Notes: generated by a model not told the origin, from the sequence alone. 10,924 nucleotides of DNA from Abditibacteriaceae bacterium (GCA_031372065.1 JANMKN010000406.1:1-10924), one strand, 5' to 3'. Positions 1-7,573 are shown, numbered from the stretch's first letter. Program-made: numbers and translations.

Positions 1-30
1 CAACTTTGACAGATGGGCGGGTTTGAAGTC

Positions 31-142
31 AGACCGGTTGAAACCGGTCTCTGCAAGAGCCAAGGCCACCTTCGTGGCCTAAAAATGGAGGTTTTGAGCC
101 TGCGAAGGCAGGCTTTGCCTCTACAGACGCCGGTTTCAACCC
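31..142. repeat. Inverted doublet of ~47-nt REP-like palindromic units (REPIN-like)
   Basis: Unit 34-80 is an imperfect reverse complement of unit 97-142; GGTTGAAACCGG matches CCGGTTTCAACC exactly. Internal hairpins: AGACCGGT-TGAA-ACCGGTCT (31-50), AGGCCAC-CTTC-GTGGCCT (63-80), AGCCTGC-GAAG-GCAGGCT (97-114). Confidence 0.7.
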
Positions 143-156
143 GTGTGAAAGCCAAA

Positions 157-206
157 CCCCACCTAATCCTGCCCGCAAGCGGGCACCCGCCCAAAGGGGG
201 AGGAAC
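157..206. repeat. Second palindromic intergenic element
   Basis: Perfect hairpin TGCCCG-CAAG-CGGGCA (170-185) nested in CCCCACCTAATCCT...CCCGCCCAAAGGGGGAGGAAC; TCCT (167-170) can pair with AGGA (201-204) and the C-run with GGGGG (196-200). Confidence 0.45.
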
Positions 207-355
207 TACGCCCTTGAAAATCCTAACTTAATGCCATTGGGCGCAAGCCCCGCATTCTTGTAGGCTTTCGGTCCTTTTTCGCCTCAAAACCCTGAAAATG
301 CATCATTTCGAGGTTCGGGGCATTTTTCCTCGAAGGTTGGCGCCGCCGATGAAAA

Positions 356-1048
356 TTACCGCGTTTCTGCACTCAATTTTCCTGTTTTGATGGGTTCTTG
401 TTGGATAGAAAGCGCAACCACGCGCAACGCGAAATAGCCAAGAATCAAGCCGACACCGTAAATTAAAGTGACAGATAAAGGCCGAGTTTGCGCGGGGAGA
501 TGCGAAAGTTGGTGGCTAATGTCCTTTCCCAGTTCAAGCGGATGCGTCAGGGCGTCCCAACTATTCCAGCGCAAAAAACGGCCCACATAAATGCCGAAAC
601 CGCAGCCCATCAAGGAAAAAACGGCGAGAATCCAGCCCGCGAGGGCACCAAATCGCTGTCGAATCACGTTTTGCACATTGATAAGCGATAAATAACCGAG
701 CAATGTGCCAGTTCCGGCGCACGACAAATACATCGCCACCATAAACCACAGAGGCACATGAGGGCGCGGCGAAACATGAATTAAATCGGTGAGAATATAC
801 GGCGCATTGGGCAAGAATAGCAGCCACAGCATGAAATACAAACCAGCCAAAGCGGAGCGTTTTCGCGCCATCGCCGCTTGAAATGCCACGCTCCATAAAA
901 GCGGCACGAACGCCAAAAACAAATTCCATAACAAGCCGCTGGCATACGATTCGTGTTCGAGATAGAGCCGGTAAAAAATCAGCGCGCTACACCACAGCAG
1001 TAAAGCGGCGATTGCCAACAAACGTTGCTTTTCAAACGATAATTTCAT
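356..1048 (-). CDS. DUF1361-family integral membrane protein
   Basis: Multiple hydrophobic helices and family motifs WNLFLAFVP, WLLFLPNAPYILTDLIH, GIYVGRFLRWNSWD. ATG at 1048 is preferred over the ORF-track start at 1087 because a promoter-like sequence occupies 1055-1083. Confidence 0.88.
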   Translation of the reverse strand: MKLSFEKQRLLAIAALLLWCSALIFYRLYLEHESYASGLLWNLFLAFVPLLWSVAFQAAMARKRSALAGLYFMLWLLFLPNAPYILTDLIHVSPRPHVPLWFMVAMYLSCAGTGTLLGYLSLINVQNVIRQRFGALAGWILAVFSLMGCGFGIYVGRFLRWNSWDALTHPLELGKDISHQLSHLPAQTRPLSVTLIYGVGLILGYFALRVVALSIQQEPIKTGKLSAETR

Positions 1049-1054
1049 GCAGGA

Positions 1055-1083
1055 AATGTAAAAAGAATTCGCTCTTGCCTCAA
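1055..1083 (-). promoter_or_regulatory. Putative sigma70 promoter for the DUF1361 gene (leaderless geometry)
   Basis: Minus strand reads TTGAGG (1083-1078), 17 nt, TACATT (1060-1055), 6 nt, ATG (1048); no Shine-Dalgarno sequence. Confidence 0.55.
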
Positions 1084-1245
1084 GCACTCAAGTGTTAAGG
1101 CGCTTTAATAAAAGAGGACAGGCCCTTATCACCGTGCAGTTTAGAGTTTTTGAGAGGGAGATAATTACGCCGAGAAAAGTATCATCTCCCAACCTGCGCA
1201 AACCAAAGTATGGCTTTGGCGCTCTTTTGCGGCTATGTTTATTTC

Positions 1246-3792
1246 ATGATGCAATTTCCAACCGGCACGATCACGCTGGTTTTTACCGATATTCAAGGCT
1301 CATCCGCTTTGTGGGAAGCGCACGGCGATGCCTTCGCGCCGGTTTTGAACGCGCATAATACGCTTTTGCGCGCCGTGGCGGCGCAATGGAACGGCATCGA
1401 AGTGAAAACCGAAGGCGACGCGTTTTTCCTTGTGTTCCAAAACGCCGCCGATGCCGTGCGTTTTGCCGTTGCCGCGCAAAATGCAATCGCTTCGCACCAT
1501 TGGAACAACCTGATAAACGAGCTGGACGAGTTGCGCGTGCGTATCGGAATGCACAGCGGCGCGCCGATCATTGACCGGCATCCCAATGGCGAAACCGATT
1601 ATTTCGGGCCAGTTGTCAATCGCGCGGCGCGCGTTGGCGGCGCGGGACATGGCGGGCAAATTGTCATTTCCAACGCTACGCTCGAACTGGCGCAAAATGC
1701 CTTGCCGCCAGAAATCGTCGCCGAAAATTTGGGGCGTCATCGTCTCAAAGGCGTGGGTGAAGAAATCCTCTGGCAAATTAATCATCCGCAATTACCCGCG
1801 CGCTTTCCACCATTGAAAACGCTATCCGGCGCGAAACACAATTTGCCCTCGGCCACATCGCCGTTTGTCGGGCGCGAAAAAGACCTCGAAAAAATGCTGG
1901 CGCAATTGCGCGGGCCGGAAACGCGCCTTTTAACGCTGCTCGGCTTTGGCGGGCACGGAAAAACGCGCCTTGCGCTGCAACTCGCTGAGCTTTCGATGGA
2001 CGATTTCGACGATGGCGTGTGGTGGATTGAACTCGAAGATGCACACAATGCCGACGAAATGAACAATCGCATCGCGCACGAACTGCGCTTGCATTTGTCG
2101 CCGCAGCCAACGGTGCGCGAGCAATTGCTGGAATTTCATCGTGACCGCCAAATGCTGCTGGTGCTGGATAATCTCGAACAAATTCCCGACGCAGGCCGCG
2201 TGGTGCTGGAGATTTTGCAAAGCGCGCCACGCGTGAAATGCCTTGTCACTACGCGCCGCGCCTTGGAAATTCGGCCTGAACGCGTGATTGAAGTCGCGCC
2301 GATGCCTTTTGGCGAGGCCGCGCAATTATTTACAGATCGCGCCCGCAGTCGCGTGCCGGATTTTGAAATGAACGCGGGCAACCGCCAGGATATTCAGGAA
2401 CTGTGTCGCCGTCTGGAAGGCGTGCCGCTCGCCATCGAACTGGCGGCTTCGCGCGCCGCCGTTTTGACGCCCTCGGAAATGATCGAACGCTTGGACGAAC
2501 GCTTTCGTTTGCTGCAAACCCGCGCGCCCGATTTGCCGCCGCGCCAACGCGCTTTGCGCGGCGCGATTGACTGGTCATATGACTTGTTAAACGAAGAAGA
2601 TCAGGCGCTTTTTGCCCAACTTTCGGTTTTCACGGGCGGCTTTACAATGGACGCCGCCGAAACTATTTGCGAGCAGTTTGATGCGCTCGAAGGCATCGCC
2701 GAATTGCGTCGCCAATCGCTGCTTCGCGCCGAAGAAGTTGGCGGCAAATTGCGTTTTATCATGCTGGAAAGCGTGCGCGTTTACGCCGCCGAAAAGTTGG
2801 AAGACGCGCCGGACGCAAGCGAAATACGTCGCGCGCACGCAGCGTATTTCGCGAAGTTTGCACAAAAACGCGCCGCGCAAATTCGCACGCGCGACGAACA
2901 GCAGGCTTTGGACGAATTTTTCGTCGAACGCGCCAATCTCGATGCCGCGTTGCGCTATTTGTGCGACAACAAAAAAGTCAAAGCCGCGCCGCTGGTTTTG
3001 CATATGCAGGATTTGCTGCATCGCATGGGATTTTGGGAAGAAGCACGCGCCGTTTTGCAGCGCGGCTGGCAAATTGTTGCCGTCGATGACCGCGCGATGC
3101 GCGCCCAATTGCAACTGCGCATGGCGAGTTTGGCGCACGATCAAGGCGAAGCCGACGCGCAGCAAAAAGCCGAAGCGGCGCTATCCGAATGTGAAAATTT
3201 AGGAGACAAAGCCGGCCAAGCGACGGCGTTGAATTTATTGGGATTGTTGGCAACGGATCAGGAAAAACCGGCAGCCGCGCGCGAAAATTTTGAAAAATCG
3301 CTAACCTTGCGCGAAGCGAGCGATCACCAAGGCCGTGCCATCGCCTTGCACAATTTAGCGCGTCTGGCTTCGCAGCAGAAAGATTACGATCTATCGCGTC
3401 AACTTTACGAAGAGGCTTTAATTGAGCGCCGCGCGGGTGGCGATGTGCGCGGCGAAGCCGAAACGTTGGGCAATCTCGGCGCCATTGCATTTAATCGGAA
3501 CGACAGCGAAACCGCGCAGCGCCTTTATCGAGAAAGCCTCCAATTGCGGCGCGGCTTGCGTGATCGCATGGGCATCGCGTTCATGCTTTTCAATCTCGCC
3601 GAAATCGCCGAAGTTCAGGGCGATGCCAAGCGCGCCGTCGTTTTATACGTTCAATCGCACCGCCTTTTCCGCGAACTCGGCTCGCCTTACGCCAGCGCCG
3701 CCAGCAGCGCACTTCAAAACTTAGCCGCGCACTCCGATTTTGCCACAGGACGCCGCGAAGCCGAAGACGCCGATTGGTCGGAGTGGATTTAA
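1246..3792 (+). CDS. Class III adenylate/guanylate cyclase domain + STAND (NB-ARC-like) P-loop NTPase + TPR repeats
   Basis: Cyclase motifs TGTITLVFTDIQGS, VKTEGDAF, RIGMHSG, DYFGPVVNRAARV, LKG; Walker A GFGGHGKT (1942-1965); Walker B LLVLDNLE; GxP motif EGVPLAIELAA; C-terminal TPR-like repeats (ATALNLLG, AIALHNLA, AETLGNLG, AFMLFNLA). Start most likely ATG 1246 or 1249 (ORF track gives 1210). Confidence 0.92.
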   Translation: MMQFPTGTITLVFTDIQGSSALWEAHGDAFAPVLNAHNTLLRAVAAQWNGIEVKTEGDAFFLVFQNAADAVRFAVAAQNAIASHHWNNLINELDELRVRIGMHSGAPIIDRHPNGETDYFGPVVNRAARVGGAGHGGQIVISNATLELAQNALPPEIVAENLGRHRLKGVGEEILWQINHPQLPARFPPLKTLSGAKHNLPSATSPFVGREKDLEKMLAQLRGPETRLLTLLGFGGHGKTRLALQLAELSMDDFDDGVWWIELEDAHNADEMNNRIAHELRLHLSPQPTVREQLLEFHRDRQMLLVLDNLEQIPDAGRVVLEILQSAPRVKCLVTTRRALEIRPERVIEVAPMPFGEAAQLFTDRARSRVPDFEMNAGNRQDIQELCRRLEGVPLAIELAASRAAVLTPSEMIERLDERFRLLQTRAPDLPPRQRALRGAIDWSYDLLNEEDQALFAQLSVFTGGFTMDAAETICEQFDALEGIAELRRQSLLRAEEVGGKLRFIMLESVRVYAAEKLEDAPDASEIRRAHAAYFAKFAQKRAAQIRTRDEQQALDEFFVERANLDAALRYLCDNKKVKAAPLVLHMQDLLHRMGFWEEARAVLQRGWQIVAVDDRAMRAQLQLRMASLAHDQGEADAQQKAEAALSECENLGDKAGQATALNLLGLLATDQEKPAAARENFEKSLTLREASDHQGRAIALHNLARLASQQKDYDLSRQLYEEALIERRAGGDVRGEAETLGNLGAIAFNRNDSETAQRLYRESLQLRRGLRDRMGIAFMLFNLAEIAEVQGDAKRAVVLYVQSHRLFRELGSPYASAASSALQNLAAHSDFATGRREAEDADWSEWI

Positions 3793-3797
3793 CGTAA

Positions 3798-4979
3798 TCA
3801 GCGCCCAAACAGTAGCGATGAAACGCGGCATTTTTCTAAAATTACGGCGGCCAAAAGTGGCGCGGCGATGCAAAAAACGAGACGCGTGCAAAACAGCAAA
3901 ACCAAAAGTTTCAATGAAATAAATCCGGTGATGAAATGCGGCTCAATGACTTTGACCGACAACGCCAAAATGCCCGGATGTAAAAGATAAATTTGCAGCG
4001 AATAGCGTCCTAACAAGCGCCACAAGGGTAAAGTGGAAATTGATTTTTTGGGCTTCTCGCTCCATAAAACCGCGAGAGCAAAAAGCAAAAAACTGGCGCA
4101 GGTCACAAAAACCCACTGGCTAATGGGATAAGACGCGCTACGCAAATCAACCCCTTCGGCATCACGCAAAGCAAACGGCAAATACCACGAGCCGCTGACA
4201 ACGAGGAAGAAAACAGCGAAGTATGAACCGCGCCGCGCAATCGAAACCCAGCGCTCGGTTTGCCCGGCCAACCATACGCCAAATGCAATGGACGGCACAT
4301 ACCAAAAAAACCAACTGGCAGGCGTGGAAATGTGCCAATAAAGGCGATTGCAGACGAAAAAAGCCAACGTCAGCCCAACCGTCAGCGGCAGCACTTTCCA
4401 AAACGGAAGACGCTTGCGCGCCAGCGGCATTAAAAACGGCAATATCACGCATAATTGCAACAATACGCGCAGAAAATAAAGATGATATTGCGCTGTGCCA
4501 TACCAAACCCGCAGCGCCGTCTGATGCCATGTAAATTCGGGGCGCAACCAATGCGCATACGGAATGCAAAGCAGTGTCCATACAATCGTCGGCCACAGCA
4601 CGCTTTGCGCGCGATTGCGAATGTAACGTCCCGGCGACGCATCGCGCAGCAAACTGCGCGTTAGCACCAAAGCACTGAGCATCAAAAAGGCCGGAACAGC
4701 AAATTGCAGCAGGGCTTTCAAGGCCGCCATACAATACCAAGAGGTATCCGGCGGCTTGCGCAATCCGATGCACGAACCGATAGTGTGAATTACCGCGACA
4801 GCCACAATAGCAAGGCCGCGAAAAACATCAATCCACGCCAAACGCGCCACTGGTTTGGGTATCGCTTCGGCAGTGGGATTTCCCACTTCTGCCGGGCTTG
4901 TTTCTACCGCCAGCCTTGTGTCTTCAGGAACAGAATTTTGCGGCTCGTTTTCAGAAAGTAGAGACGGAGCAGAAGCCAT
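3798..4979 (-). CDS. Acyltransferase_3 family membrane O-acyltransferase (surface polysaccharide/peptidoglycan O-acylation type)
   Basis: Signature RLAWIDVFRGLAIVAVAVIH, FAVPAFLMLS, YHLYF, LGRYSLQIYLLH; many hydrophobic helices; no appended SGNH domain. Start uncertain; ATG 4979 preferred over 5084. Confidence 0.9.
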   Translation of the reverse strand: MASAPSLLSENEPQNSVPEDTRLAVETSPAEVGNPTAEAIPKPVARLAWIDVFRGLAIVAVAVIHTIGSCIGLRKPPDTSWYCMAALKALLQFAVPAFLMLSALVLTRSLLRDASPGRYIRNRAQSVLWPTIVWTLLCIPYAHWLRPEFTWHQTALRVWYGTAQYHLYFLRVLLQLCVILPFLMPLARKRLPFWKVLPLTVGLTLAFFVCNRLYWHISTPASWFFWYVPSIAFGVWLAGQTERWVSIARRGSYFAVFFLVVSGSWYLPFALRDAEGVDLRSASYPISQWVFVTCASFLLFALAVLWSEKPKKSISTLPLWRLLGRYSLQIYLLHPGILALSVKVIEPHFITGFISLKLLVLLFCTRLVFCIAAPLLAAVILEKCRVSSLLFGR

Positions 4980-5154
4980 GACTGCTATAGTTTCGCTGAT
5001 GTGGCCTTCAAGAAAAATAGGAGGGCCTGACAACTGAATACAATATTTGCAGCGCAGAAAATCGCTGATTTTTATCATTGTCAAACCCTATTGGCGACTT
5101 CGCCAGCAGTATCTCTTTTAAGGAAAGATCAGTTCTGTCAAAATTAATCAGGGT

Positions 5155-5173
5155 TATAATTCACATTGTGAAT
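5155..5173 (+). promoter_or_regulatory. -10 box TATAAT overlapped by a 7-1-7 palindrome (putative operator)
   Basis: TATAAT at 5155-5160; ATTCACA-T-TGTGAAT at 5159-5173; lies in the divergent intergenic region upstream of the kinase ATG (5217). No well-spaced -35 seen. Confidence 0.5.
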
Positions 5174-5216
5174 GTTCCTTTGACTCCATCTGCAACTTTT
5201 CTCCCCTTTCACGCCG

Positions 5217-6542
5217 ATGAACTCTCAAACTAAAACGCAAGAACAACTGGCCGCACTGGCCCACCATCTTCATGCCAAACGGGATGCTATTTTAGAGGCA
5301 TGGCGGGTGGCGGTTGACAATGATCCTGACTTGACAACCGGCTCCGCGCTGTCGCGCACCCAGTTCAACGACCATCTCCCCGACATTTTAAACGCGTTTG
5401 CACGCAGGCTCCATGCTTGGCCCGCAGAAATCAACACGCAGGTGCAAGAGCAAGAGCATAAAGGCATTTCTTCCCACGGACGTCACCGCTGGCAGCAGGG
5501 ATTCCGGCTGCGCGAACTGACAAAAGAATGGGGCTACTTACAGCTTTGTCTTATCGATGAATTAAAAGCCTACGCTGAAGCGCATCGCGAAGTTGGACCC
5601 AGCGTTATCGCCACAGCACTGGAATCCTTGACGCATCTATGCGTGGCCGGAGTCAGCGAAAGCGCCGATCAATACTGGCAGTTGCATCAGGCCGAAGCCG
5701 CAGGACACGTTCGTGATTTGGAGCGCGCCCTGACGGCTTTGCAAGCTATTGAAAACGCACGGGCTGCGGGATGGCATCAAGCCGCACACGATTTACGGGG
5801 TAGCCTGTCTGTTGTCGCAGTGGCAAGCAAACTTTTAAACGAGCAGGATGTGCCGGAGTCTGACCGCTTGCATACGGCAACCGTGCTGCAAAGAAGCGTG
5901 TCGACGCTGCACGATATGCTTAACAACCTCATAGACTTGGCCCGCTTGGATGCCGGGCACGAACAGCGCACCGTTGCACCTTTCGATGCCGCTGTCCTTT
6001 TAAATGATCTTTGTCTCACCATGCAGCCTGTAGCGGATTCACGGGGTTTGTTCCTGCGAGGCGAAGGGCCAGCCTCACTGCCCGTGGAAGGAGACCGTGC
6101 CAAAGTGCAGCGCATTTTGCAAAACCTGGTGCTGAATGCTCTCAAATACACTCAGCATGGCGGCATCGTGTTTACATGGGAAATTCGCAAAGAAACGGAA
6201 GCTGAACGCTGGATGGTCACGGTGCAGGACACCGGCCCCGGCTTTCATGCAGACACGGGCATCCCTGTCGCAAATCAACTCCGCGAAGCGACCCAGGACG
6301 CACATGATGTGGAAAATGAAGCAACCGCAAGTGGCACTTCATCGAACCAGGATGAACGTGCCATGACGGTAGCCTCGCAATCCGACCCACTTCATCAACA
6401 AGCAGGCGAAGGCATTGGCCTTTCTATCGTCAAGGGCTTGTGCGATTTATTGGACGCTACGCTGGAATTGGAAAGCAGCAAAGGGAAAGGCTCGACTTTT
6501 CGTGTCACATTCCCCTGCTTCTACCAAAACAGCGCGCGATAG
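5217..6542 (+). CDS. Cytoplasmic sensor histidine kinase (RsbRD_N-like N-terminal helical domain, HisKA, HATPase_c)
   Basis: H box AAHDLRGSL (His191), N box ILQNLVLNALKYT, G1 VQDTGPG, G2 GEGIGLSIV, G3 GKGSTF; N-terminus ILEAW...DHLPDIL...HGRHRWQQGF resembles RsbRD_N; no transmembrane segment. Confidence 0.92.
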   Translation: MNSQTKTQEQLAALAHHLHAKRDAILEAWRVAVDNDPDLTTGSALSRTQFNDHLPDILNAFARRLHAWPAEINTQVQEQEHKGISSHGRHRWQQGFRLRELTKEWGYLQLCLIDELKAYAEAHREVGPSVIATALESLTHLCVAGVSESADQYWQLHQAEAAGHVRDLERALTALQAIENARAAGWHQAAHDLRGSLSVVAVASKLLNEQDVPESDRLHTATVLQRSVSTLHDMLNNLIDLARLDAGHEQRTVAPFDAAVLLNDLCLTMQPVADSRGLFLRGEGPASLPVEGDRAKVQRILQNLVLNALKYTQHGGIVFTWEIRKETEAERWMVTVQDTGPGFHADTGIPVANQLREATQDAHDVENEATASGTSSNQDERAMTVASQSDPLHQQAGEGIGLSIVKGLCDLLDATLELESSKGKGSTFRVTFPCFYQNSAR

Positions 6543-6558
6543 AAGCGCTGCGTTATCA

Positions 6559-7299
6559 TTAGATTTTTTGTAGCCGCTCCAATACGTCCAACGCATTGCC
6601 CGTGGCAGCGAACTCGGCGGTGTTATCGAAAATGCACCACACCGGCACAGCGCGGCTCGCAGCCGCAGTCAACCTTTGAGCCAGTGCCTCCAAATATGCT
6701 GGTGAGTAATCCGAATAATATACTCGCGGCGAACCATGCAAGCGGCAATAAATCAGACCATCCCAACCTCCCGGCTCCGCCGCTAAAGGTATCAGGGCAG
6801 GATCAGCAGCGACTCGCGCGACCTGGTGAGTGGATAACAGCTTTTCGGCGTCAAGCGTAAACCAAGTCCGGTGGCGCGGCTCGCACACAACTGAGCCTGA
6901 AAATCGTTCGCGCAAGGTGGCAAAGAACGCGTTCGCGGTCTTCGGGTTAAAATCCAATCTCGGTGGCAGTTGCACCAAAAGAGGGCCGAGTTTCTCGCCC
7001 AACGCGGTGCATTCGTGGAGAAAACGGTCAAGAACCGCTTCGCTGCCAATCATCTGGTTAGTGTGGGTAATTTCCTTCGGCACCTTCACGGCAAATCGAA
7101 AATGATCGGGCACTCTCTCAGCCCAGCGCAGATAAGTTTTGGCTTGGTGTGGACGGTAGAATGATGAATTTATTTCAACCGCAAACAACACCTGAGCGTA
7201 GCGTTCCAGATGAGTGCCGGTGTTGGGAAAATGGGCGGCGTGCTGTTTCGGCACCGCCCAACCGGCACAGCCTGCATGGATCAGAGGTAGTTCAGTCAT
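6559..7299 (-). CDS. DUF72 (YecE-like) family protein
   Basis: Motifs GCAGW, VEINSSFYR, FRFAVKVPKEITH, KLGPLLVQLPP, EPRHRTW, YCRLHGSP, WCIFDN. Confidence 0.93.
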   Translation of the reverse strand: MTELPLIHAGCAGWAVPKQHAAHFPNTGTHLERYAQVLFAVEINSSFYRPHQAKTYLRWAERVPDHFRFAVKVPKEITHTNQMIGSEAVLDRFLHECTALGEKLGPLLVQLPPRLDFNPKTANAFFATLRERFSGSVVCEPRHRTWFTLDAEKLLSTHQVARVAADPALIPLAAEPGGWDGLIYCRLHGSPRVYYSDYSPAYLEALAQRLTAAASRAVPVWCIFDNTAEFAATGNALDVLERLQKI

Positions 7300-7333
7300 T
7301 GATCTCTACTCTTGCTTCTTCGCCGCGCGCTAA

Positions 7334-7459
7334 AAATCTGTTTGAAAAGTCTTATTCGAGACGAAAAAGAGGCATTTTGTCATCCTTCGCCAGCTCAGGA
7401 TGACATCTCTTCTGTTTTTTGCTCAATTCTCATACTTTTGAGACTTTTCAAACTGATTC
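7334..7459. mobile_element. MITE-like non-autonomous element with terminal inverted repeats
   Basis: AATCTGTTTGAAAAGTCT (7335-7352) vs AGACTTTTCAAACTGATT (7441-7458): 17/18 inverted match. Flanked by TAA (7331-7333) and TCA (7460-7462). Central hairpin TGTCATCCT-N10-AGGATGACA (7378-7405). No transposase ORF. Confidence 0.65.
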
Positions 7460-7573
7460 TCAGACGAAGATCACAGATAGATCACGGCAAAGTCTCAGTC
7501 TTCGATAGGTTGTCGCCCCTGCCATTTTGAAAAGCCCAGAGGCGATATTAAGGCTTATAGTCTCTTTGCTCCC

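Noticed and set aside
31..206. CRISPR array or tRNA
   Set aside because: Repeats are inverted, not regularly spaced direct repeats; no cas genes; no cloverleaf or T-loop motif.
13..231. 72-aa ORF
   Set aside because: Runs through palindromic repeats, with no RBS or recognisable protein motif.
281..327. Imperfect hairpin as terminator for the DUF1361 gene
   Set aside because: The stem has several mismatches, and the T-runs are on the + strand rather than the gene's strand.
488..4961. Numerous shadow ORFs (e.g. 2587-3165, 2612-3202, 4162-4773)
   Set aside because: They overlap well-supported genes in other frames and have no family motifs; expected in GC-rich DNA.
1246..5084. Pycsar/CBASS-type operon
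   Set aside because: No co-oriented effector with a cyclic-nucleotide-binding domain; neighbours are divergent or convergent; the cyclase residues indicate ATP specificity.
5092..5105. TGGCG-ACTT-CGCCA hairpin
   Set aside because: Only a 5-bp stem with no U-tract; compatible with chance.
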